NCBI RefSeq assembly: GCF_001194135.2
Contig: NC_068991.1
Span: 47,504,833 to 47,568,832 of the forward strand
Source of the DNA: Octopus bimaculoides
Taxonomy: Eukaryota
DNA length: 64,000 bases
Direction: 5' to 3'
The notes under the pieces are model-generated. The model did no database searches. It was not told the DNA's origin and saw only the letters and a program-made list of their open reading frames with translations. Each line of letters starts with the position of its first letter. Positions within the stretch are counted from its first letter, which is position 1. The position numbers and the translations under genes are program-made. Positions 55,365 through 64,000 of the stretch are shown piece by piece.

Positions 55365-55669
55365 ATACATCAATAAAGATGCAGTTTGGAGAAGGAAAAT
55401 TTTTAATGTATAAATGCAGCAGAATGGGCTAGAGGCATTATCTAGTTGGACAATAGATAATAGTAAAACGAACTACAGAAACCCAGAGTAACTATACAAC
55501 ATTCTAACACCACAAATGGCTTACCTACATTACATTCGTGTTTAGATTATGCATCTTAGGTTACAATATATAAAAAAAAAAAAATCCTGTAAAAATTCAA
55601 AAATTCAAGTCAAACTTCAGTCAGAACTAACAGTTCAAGGTGGTGAAATTATTTCAATGATTTCCATCT

Positions 55670-55736
55670 GGAGATCAGAAAAGATTTTGACAACAGAACA
55701 ATTCAGTGAACGGATCAAATTTTCATCATATCATCC
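55670..55736 (-). ncRNA. Orphan box C/D snoRNA family 2 (copy c)
   Basis: C 55723-55729, guide TGATCCGTTCA conserved while spacer diverged, D' 55703-55706, D 55675-55678. Confidence 0.75.
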
Positions 55737-56650
55737 TGCTGTGGAAAACACCTAACCAAACACAAGCCTGCCAACACATTTCATTTAATTAACCCTTTTG
55801 ATACTGACCTGCTTGAAACCATCTCTGGTTCTATGATACTTATTGTTTTTAAACTATTTTATTCAACCTTCAACATTTAATCCATGCCCAAATATTCTCC
55901 TTAGTTTACATTCAAAACAGCGTCTTACACCCGCCCTACAATGTCAGTCTAAAAATATTACAACACCATTGAAATCTCAAAGATACAAAATAATGCCGGA
56001 TCAATTTAGCACAATACAAAAAAATCTGTAGATTTGAAACCTGAATGTTAAAGAGTAAAAGCTTTTCATCAGCTGTCCGCCAACACTTTTTTCTGCAAAA
56101 TAGGGGTAGCTTATCCTGCTCAGGCCATATTATTAGCATTATCCTGCATTTGAGAATTTAAAATAACTTCTTTAACTTTCTAAGACATCTCAACGCTTCT
56201 AAAGCAAACTTTGTTTGTTTGTTTACGTTCATCATAATTTGAATTTTTCTTTATGTTTTTATGTTCCAAAGATCAGTTTAATAATGACAAAGGTATGCTA
56301 GCAAAAGAGTCTAACAAAGTATTTATATAATGTAACTTGACTGTTACGAAACACCTCAAACCAGCAAGTCTTATATTCAAGTGATTATCTTACTATTTAT
56401 ATAAAATTTCAATAGGAAACACAAAATTGTCAATAGCCTAATACTGATAAATAAAAAAAAGTTTATTTTACACAACTTTTGTTTTAATTATATTAAAATC
56501 TGCAACAAGTCATTGTATTCAAAATAACAAGCAATCTAATTCATGCATGTAATGAGAAGGCAGGCATAATTTCTAAAACATTGCCTACAGAAAGTGTACA
56601 CCTATAGCTTTTTCCAAACGCTCAAGTAAAATTTAAATTATCAATCACAC

Positions 56651-56727
56651 AAGCCTATCAGAAAAGTGACTATCATTCAAATTTTGGACATCAGTCCGCC
56701 CGTCACTACATATTCATCATATAAGGC
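56651..56727 (-). ncRNA. Box C/D snoRNA, U43-like (copy J)
   Basis: C ATGATGA 56714-56720, guide GTAGTGACGGGCGG (14 bp to 18S, one G-U), D' 56691-56694, D 56658-56661. Confidence 0.85.
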
Positions 56728-56987
56728 ATAATTTAATTAAGTCCATATTAACTTAAAATGACTTACGGGTAAAAATAAATAAATAAAATTTTGGTGAGAT
56801 TTATTGCCTTTCTGATTCAATTCATTTTGAAAAGAATTTAGTTAAGTAATTTTACCATTATTCAACTGGGGTTTGGAACATAAAATGAAATTTTAGGCTT
56901 GAATTTTTATCATTTTGTGGATCACTGCACCTCATTCAAATACATGACCACCATGTTCAGAAATCCAGTTCCCTTCAATGTCCTTAA

Positions 56988-57493
56988 CCCTTTTGATACT
57001 AACCTGGCCGAGTACCGATTGTTATTTAAATGTAAATTTGCACACAAATCCCGTTAGTACATTCGTGAAAATACGTGACTTCACTTTGTAAATAGTTGAG
57101 TTATTGTATCGACACTGTTTGGGAGTTTCATGCTATCAAGCAGTGATTCTGAATTTGAAGGCTTTTCAACAGAAGATATGGAGATATTGAGAAAAAGAAT
57201 GAATGAGGTACAAAAGCATGTAGTGAATGAAAATGAATCGGGTATTTCTGTATCCGAAACCGAAAGCAGTGATTCTGAAGAAACTGAAAGCAGCGACAGA
57301 GAGGATGATTTTACCAGAATGGAGTAAAAACTTTAAAAATCTTTTTACTAACAAATTTTCTGAGGAGACAGGGCCTACCTATATAGTCTTTCGCAGGAAA
57401 AGTTCTTTAATGAAACTAGTCCAAATTCATGCTTATTTTAGAACTGAAACTCATGCGGGGTGTATTTTGGTCAGAGATATATTATTGAAAGGG
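56988..57493 (+). mobile_element. Internally deleted piggyBac-like element
   Basis: TTAA-CCCTTT...AAAGGG-TTAA; acidic ORF MLSSSDSEFEGFSTED at 57130 like piggyBac N-termini. Confidence 0.65.
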
Positions 57494-57590
57494 TTAAACC
57501 TTAAATATCCTGAGATACACCTCATTTATTGAAATGCAGCACACAATACTAACACATCATAACCAATATCCAAAATTGCATGACTCTTTG

Positions 57591-57657
57591 GGTGATCAGA
57601 AAAGATATTTTATCCACAGTCTAATTCAGTGAACGGATCATGTCTCATCATATCACC
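57591..57657 (-). ncRNA. Orphan box C/D snoRNA family 2 (copy d)
   Basis: GGTGA-T-ATGATGA-gac-ATGATCCGTTCA-CTGA...CTGA-TCACC; 67 nt. Confidence 0.8.
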
Positions 57658-58153
57658 TTATATGGAGAAACCTCCACCACACACCATCAATATTGATCTA
57701 TACTTCCTCAAATTTTGATTTCTATACTCAAGTTTACAATCCAACTCCACTTACAAATTCAAACAGCCAGTATGCATAACACAAACACCCCAAAGACAGT
57801 TACGGTAATACAAGAGTCATTTACTTAAGTCAATAAATAGTCCTTTCTGCAATGGGCACAAGGCCTGAAATTTTGAGGGAGGGAATAAGCCAATTACACT
57901 GACCTCCCCCCCCCCTGCTCGCCTAACACTTATTTTATCAACACCAAAAGGAATTATAACTCAGAATGCAAAGTTGGACGAAATGCCACTAATCATTTTG
58001 TCTGGCACGCCAACAGTTCTGCCAGTTTGCTGCCTTATTTCAATAAACAATGGAAACTAAATCACCTCTAGATGCGACAGAAAGCAAGTGAACCACCAAC
58101 AGGCAATAAACAGTACAATAACTATGCACTAATGCAAGTGCAATGCAACAAAC

Positions 58154-58230
58154 AAGCCTATCAGAAGAGTGACACTCATCATGATTAGGACATCAGTCCG
58201 CCCGTCACTAAGGTTTCATCACATAAGCTT
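58154..58230 (-). ncRNA. Box C/D snoRNA, U43/SNORD43-like (copy K)
   Basis: C GTGATGA, guide TAGTGACGGGCGG, D' CTGA, C' ATGATGA, D CTGA, terminal stem; 13 bp to 18S CCGCCCGUCGCUA. Confidence 0.88.
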
Positions 58231-58787
58231 GATCTATACTAGCATTACTTCTGTATTGCATGAATGCATAGCTACACACATCAGAGTGAAGGCAATTCAA
58301 GACCCATCCTTATATACATATAAAACTATGTTCCCTGAACTCCTCTTTACTAAAATAAACAAAATGTATTCGTCATTTACTTCAGGAAGTGGGGGGGGGG
58401 AATTCTGATTGAACAGGTTACACATCTTGCATAGCAAATGCCTTTATACAACTGAAATTTTCTCCCATAACCATGGGAAACAAGTTACATTCTTTATGCT
58501 TGCTAACGTCCGTATTATGAAGAAAAAAAAAACTAGAAAAAGTAAATCTAGTACAAAGCCCCAAGGGAATATGTTTTCCATTAAGCAGCACATTCAGAAG
58601 GGGTGGGGGTGCACAACATACATGAAAATACAGTAGTAGCCAAATCATATAAATTTATTTAAAATTACTTTATATCCCAAATCCTGGGGAAACAACACTG
58701 TCAGTCCAAGAATCCCACAACCAAGTTTAATCAACAAATATTTACTCTTTTCCATCCCAGAAGAAGGCCATAATTTCCCATTAAAGA

Positions 58788-58876
58788 TATGCCATAAATC
58801 TCAAGAACCAGAATGTATACCCTCCATGTATGTGGCAAAATCAGGTTATACAAGCTAGAGCTCATCCTCTGGCATA
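58788..58876 (-). pseudogene. Family 3 snoRNA with box D destroyed (copy b)
   Basis: Same body as 53226-53314 but plus strand TAAA replaces TCAG at 58795-58798. Confidence 0.6.
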
Positions 58877-60005
58877 CTGAAATGAACCCAACATAGATTG
58901 TTCACTTCTAATGACACCCCTCATTCCCTCCCTACAACTCACTGACCACCACCTACCTATCTTCACCAACACCCTAGCAGTCATCACTCACTCCACCCTT
59001 CTCAAGCTGTCCCCACTATCTTATCTTTCTTACCAACTGAAGCCCAGTTATTCCCNNNNNNNNNNNNNNNNNNNNNNNNNNNNNNNNNNNNNNNNNNNNN
59101 NNNNNNNNNNNNNNNNNNNNNNNNNNNNNNNNNNNNNNNNNNNNNNNNNNNNNNNNNNNNNNNNNNNNNNNNNNNNNNNNNNNNNNNNNNNNNNNNNNNN
59201 NNNNNNNNNNNNNNNNNNNNNNNNNNNNNNNNNNNNNNNNNNNNNNNNNNNNNNNNNNNNNNNNNNNNNNNNNNNNNNNNNNNNNNNNNNNNNNNNNNNN
59301 NNNNNNNNNNNNNNNNNNNNNNNNNNNNNNNNNNNNNNNNNNNNNNNNNNNNNNNNNNNNNNNNNNNNNNNNNNNNNNNNNNNNNNNNNNNNNNNNNNNN
59401 NNNNNNNNNNNNNNNNNNNNNNNNNNNNNNNNNNNNNNNNNNNNNNNNNNNNNNNNNNNNNNNNNNNNNNNNNNNNNNNNNNNNNNNNNNNNNNNNNNNN
59501 NNNNNNNNNNNNNNNNNNNNNNNNNNNNNNNNNNNNNNNNNNNNNNNNNNNNNNNNNNNNNNNNNNNNNNNNNNNNNNNNNNNNNNNNNNNNTACCCCCC
59601 CACCCCCACCCAAGTGCTCAGCTTACTGTGTAGTGTAGTTGACATTAGGAAGGGCATTTAGCTACAGAAACCGTGCTAAGGTAGATATTGGAGCACTAGT
59701 GAGGTTACTAGGTAACTTGAAGATTGAGTTGGGGTGCACAATTAAGGAGCTGAAGTGTGATAGAACAGGTGTCTTGCAGAAAAGGAGATACACAATTTCC
59801 TCACCTGGAAAAAGCAAAAAAAAAAAAAAGGTACTTGGTGAACATGAAAGAAACTAGAGATAGGCAGCTGGAAAGAAAGGATAGGGAGTCAAGTGTGCTG
59901 AACCTTTCCCTAACTTCAAATGCAACTGATCCAGTTATTTCAGGTACATTAAGTTAAGCAGGTCCAACCTGCAAATGGGAATATTCCATTACCTCCCACT
60001 AAAGA

Positions 60006-60092
60006 TATACCATCAGTCTCAAGAACCGGAATGTTTGTTCTCCATGTATGACAAAATCAGACAATACAAATTAGAGCTCATCCTCTGGCATA
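60006..60092 (-). ncRNA. Orphan box C/D snoRNA family 3 (copy c)
   Basis: TATGCCA-G-AGGATGA...CTGA (60057-60060)...CATTCCGGTTCTTGAGA-CTGA-TGGTATA; 67 nt after the exon 3 donor. Confidence 0.65.
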
Positions 60093-60159
60093 GATCTTAT
60101 TAAATATCACATTTACATAATTCAGAAAATATGAAATCGAAAAAATAAGTGAAACGAAC

Positions 60160-60280
60160 CTCAATGAAATTTAAACAACCATCATTAGGTACGAAGGCTG
60201 TGATCTTTTTACCATTCTTTATGAGCTGTACTCTCACACATTTTCTGATGGCTGAGTTAGGCTGTTTGGCTTCAACACCA
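60160..60280 (-). CDS. RPS23: RPS23 exon 3 ([19 protein letters not shown]...LNFIE)
   Basis: Invariant KQPNSA loop; ttcag acceptor, GAG|GTTCGT donor, 121 nt. Confidence 0.97.
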
Positions 60281-60391
60281 CTGAAAAGAGAATACATACA
60301 TGTATATATACATGAAAAAAATTTGCAATGCAGCAAAGGGACAATCTCAAAATTTAGGGGGGAGAAAAAAAAATCACATAAATATACGTAC

Positions 60392-60551
60392 ACTTTTTCT
60401 AAAACGATTCCCTTAGCATGGGAAGAACCGCCAAAAGGATTGGCCTTGTATCTGGTACCCAAATTTGCCTTTTTGTAGTCATTATCGTGCCATCTCTGTT
60501 TACGGCGATGATTCTTTAGCTTTCGTGCAGTTCTCAAACCTCTGGGCTTAC
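60392..60551 (-). CDS. RPS23: RPS23 exon 2 ([12 protein letters not shown]...GIVLEKV)
   Basis: uS12 sequence; tttag acceptor, GT|GTACGT donor, 160 nt. Confidence 0.97.
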
Positions 60552-62607
60552 CTAAAAAAGAAAAAAATTCATTTGAGATGGATCCTATATTCGAATTATA
60601 ATGGAAGTAAAACCTGAAATCACAGTCATTGTGCGATAGTATTTGCTGAAAATCAAGAATTTAGAAAAGTCATTCGTAAAAACGAAAATACCAATCCACT
60701 CTGTGCAATCATATTCAATTAAATATAATACAATTTATAATATTAAGGAATGAGATGGCCATGGTTGAAATGTCAGGGTCCTGCAGAAGTCTGCGCGTGT
60801 ACAAAACAAAAACGAATAGGACTATCGTTTATAAAAAATCTCGTTTTCAGGCCAATGGATACTGAGAATGGACGAAGGGAAATAATCCATGTTTCATCGT
60901 GAAATTGAACGTATGCAAATGATTACCATCTCCCCTTCGAGGATAGATACCGCATAGTGTCCCCCCCTTTTTTTTAAGACGGTAGAATGTTTTTTTTTTT
61001 GGGGGGGGGGGGGCTTTTTTTGCCCCAAAACTCACATTTTCGGATACGGAAAATAGCCAAAAATCGGCACTTTGAATCCCCCACCCATTTTTCACGTAGC
61101 ACTAAACTTAAAACTTTAGAGGGATTTTTTTTTTCAGAATCATAATCTCCGTATTTTTTCGGCATATTTTGAAAAAAAGAAAAAAAAAACTTCTGAAATA
61201 AGTTAAAAATGAAGAAATTAGGGTAAGGGAAGGGTAATTTCAAAATGCCGATNNNNNNNNNNCTTGCCCCCCTTTTTTTTTTTTTTACTCTTTCTAACCG
61301 GTCAAACTCAGCATAGAAACTACCTCGCCGACTCGGGCTCTCAATGTTGACGGTGGCGTGTTAGATTTAGCATTGAATGTACACAACACATGCTGAAACA
61401 CACTGAATGAAATGCAGATGGAATTCAGTATCGGTTTCATCCCGACACCGATGATGCCAATAAATCCGGATCCAAGTATCATAGCTAATGTGGCTCTTCT
61501 GAAGAATTCAGAACAATGTATTCAGCAATTTAAGATATGTTACGTATATAATGTGCCTTTCTAATGTTTTCCAGTCACCAATGTTATAATAACATTTTTA
61601 TTATTACACCAGTCTAATGAGTCGGATAGGCGGACTTTCGGAATACTTATCACCTCATGGAGAGGGGGAAAAACAAGGAATTGGGTGGTTGTTTCTTTCT
61701 GTGAAAGATACTTTATTTTGCTATGAGGGGAAACCCCCTCCCCCGCATTCCAGTAAGCTTTCTTACAAGAACAATAGCAATATTTTGTAGACAGGATTTC
61801 GCAATGTACATTACCGTGTAAACTGAATCAACATGACTGAGCAATTCGTTAGGTTTATTTCAACATTACCAGAGCAATAACCACTGCTCCAGTTGCCCGG
61901 CCACGAAGGCAATGTCCAACAGGTTTGCCGAAATAAAAATGTGTATTAAAAAAAAAAAGAATAAACTGTGGTGAAAATTAGATATGCTAAATATAGCGTT
62001 GAACACACCAGAGATATATGATCGATGATATTCCATCTTAAACCTTGGGCAGGGAACAGATTTTCCCAGTGACCCGTTTTAAGACTCCTTGAGAGCGATT
62101 TGGAAATTAGCTGCTATTTCTAGTAGGTCAAGCTCCCTTTTTAAATATCATTTTTTTTTTGTCTAGGGAAATTCTACATTATCAGCTGAGATATATAATG
62201 GAACTACTCAGTAGAAAAAGCAACTTTCAAGATAGCAATAACCAAGTCGGAAAAGTCTTCCAGATAAATATTTCTTAAAAAGTGCATTACCATCTGTAAT
62301 TCCAATGATGATTATTTAACATAAACTTTAAATATAAAGATGAAAAATGTACTTTTTCCAATCGGGACAATATCTAATGTACAAACTAAAATTGTACAGT
62401 TTAGTCATTTTGCACGTGGGTCACTTCTAAAAATGACCAATTATGTGGCAAAACCCAAGTTAATTTCTTAAGAATAACGAAAGCCTTAACTGTTATATAT
62501 TAAATTCAAAGACTTAAAGAAAGGATGGTAATTACTGCATTAATTCATCACAATATATGTATAGATATATTTATTGTAACATAAGGCTGACTGCCATGTG
62601 GAAAGGA

Positions 62608-62620
62608 AAAATGGCAGCGG
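62608..62620 (+). promoter_or_regulatory. YY1-like site (AAAATGGCAGCGG) in RPS23 intron 1; second at 62830-62838 (GATGGCGGC)
   Basis: Matches AANATGGCG-type consensus; YY1 sites downstream of the TSS are common in RP genes. Confidence 0.45.
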
Positions 62621-62825
62621 CGATGTGCAGAGGTCTGCTGTTAAGTGGTGTTCGACTTTTGTCGGGGATTTCATTAAATCATTGGAAGAATATTAAAGTT
62701 ATAACAACACAGAAAGGAAACATATAACACAAACAAATGTTGTATGTAACAACTGGACAAAACAACGATGTTGGTGCGGAATAAATTGGATATAAACGAC
62801 GGGAGAAATGCCGAGAACAACTTAC

Positions 62826-62829
62826 CCAT
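62826..62829 (-). CDS. RPS23: RPS23 exon 1 (ATG G)
   Basis: Minus strand GCCGCCATC-ATGG|GTAAG; phase 1 matches exon 2 (GT AAG CCC = G K P). Confidence 0.9.
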
Positions 62830-62844
62830 GATGGCGGCTTGATT

Positions 62845-62854
62845 GAAAAGAGAA
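62845..62854 (-). promoter_or_regulatory. TCT/5'TOP-type pyrimidine start of RPS23 (TTCTCTTTTC)
   Basis: Oligopyrimidine tract about 16-25 nt upstream of the ATG, typical of ribosomal protein genes. Confidence 0.75.
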
Positions 62855-64000
62855 CGTGTCACGAGAGGGCGCTGTAGGGTAAGAAAGATTTGTTAGAAAG
62901 GGAGGGAGGATGTTACGAGAGTCTCGTTTGTCACATGACTTCTCCTTGTCAAATCTCATGTGAGTGACTCTAGAATATATTAGCAGACAGATCCACAGAG
63001 AAACTGACAATTATTTCTGGGTTGAAGCCTTTGCTTCATATTTCAGGGGATTTATTAAATAACAATACATAAATATATATACATATCTGTTCTAAATGGA
63101 TTACCGAGGAGTTGGTTCTATATTTTCTATTATTTTAATTTCATTAGCACCAATATTTGCAAATGATGTACCTGCTCTGATATGGTCACCTTCACGGTAA
63201 TATATTAATTATAATACAATATAAAATATAAGTAAAATATAATATATTTGTAATATAATGCAATGTCTACCTAAATATTTCTATTTACAGTTGTTTCACC
63301 TCTGACATATATACATAATTAATATCTGTCCCTATTATGGTTCTGTTTCACCTCCTTTCTTTCATATATTTTGGACAGTTTCTTCTATTACAATTTCTTG
63401 TTGTTCTTTATCTCATCCGCCCCCAGATTTCCCTATTACAAATTACAATAATAATAATGTCTGTCTCTAATTTTTCTGTACAGCTATTTATCTTCTTTTG
63501 ACGCACTTGTTGAGGTGCTCTCCTGTTGATTATGGTAATACACACACACACATATGCATCTATCTACACACAGACACACACATTTATATGTGTGTGTGTG
63601 TGTTTTCTGTATGATTAAATATAAGCATTTTCAATGTGTAAAGCCATTCCACTATCGCATTGCTTTGTTATTGGACTCTGATCCCTCTCTTGCTTTATAT
63701 AAACACTGTCAGTATGAACACTTTATATTATCTAATTTAATATTTCTTTTTCAAAGACTAATTTCATATTTAATTAAAGCATTCTGGCTTTTTCACTCAC
63801 CCACATTTTTGTCTTGAGAAGAAGAAAGAGGTGCTAGAATCGAGGGAACTAAACTCTAGAATATTCATTTCAAGAAGCTTTTGACCCTGTAAAAACAAAA
63901 CGCAAATACAGCGATCCCTGTCAAGACTGAATCCGTTTTAGAGATTTATCGTTTCAGTTCCAGATCATCCTTAAGTCCCGTGATCAAACATGTTTCAACC

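Noticed and set aside
56061-56088. TGGCGGACAG-CTGA on the minus strand, similar to a U43 guide
   Set aside because: No box C or second box nearby; chance match or unrecognisable remnant
47929-58230. CRISPR-like or satellite reading of the recurring motifs
   Set aside because: Eukaryotic intron, irregular spacing of hundreds of nt, no cas genes; C/D architecture explains the motifs
61290-61480. GC-richer island in RPS23 intron 1 with GGGATGA and two CTGA on the minus strand
   Set aside because: No convincing terminal stem, about 135 nt span, no recognisable guide; identity unknown
62611-62727. Plus-strand ORF MAAAMCRGLLLSGVRLLS... resembling a mitochondrial transit peptide
   Set aside because: 38 aa, no clear donor, antisense inside RPS23 intron 1; AAAATGGC is more simply a YY1-like site

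Overview
AT-rich animal genomic DNA with five N-gaps; the SINE, RTE-tail and microsatellite content resembles an octopus/cephalopod genome (inference). Two convergent housekeeping genes can be assembled by hand. On the + strand is TFIIA alpha/beta (GTF2A1): 9 coding exons, 22793-41251, 307 aa, every splice phase consistent. On the - strand is RPS23: 4 coding exons, 62829-47348, 143 aa, with a TOP/TCT start. The standout is RPS23 intron 3 (47495-60159, 12.7 kb). It holds about 18 box C/D snoRNA-like units in the host sense, in three families. (1) Eleven U43/SNORD43-like units: 4 keep a 12-14 bp guide to the 18S decoding-site C, and a distal subfamily of 7 carries a 4-nt guide deletion. (2) Four copies of an orphan family with guide TGATCCGTTCA. 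(3) Three copies of an orphan family with an AGGATGA box C. The array shows cassette duplication and box-specific decay. The rest of the window is SINEs, LINE fragments, mariner/piggyBac-like MITEs, a solo LTR, minisatellites and several perfect palindromes. No database search was run; rRNA and human snoRNA comparisons are from memory of well-known sequences.
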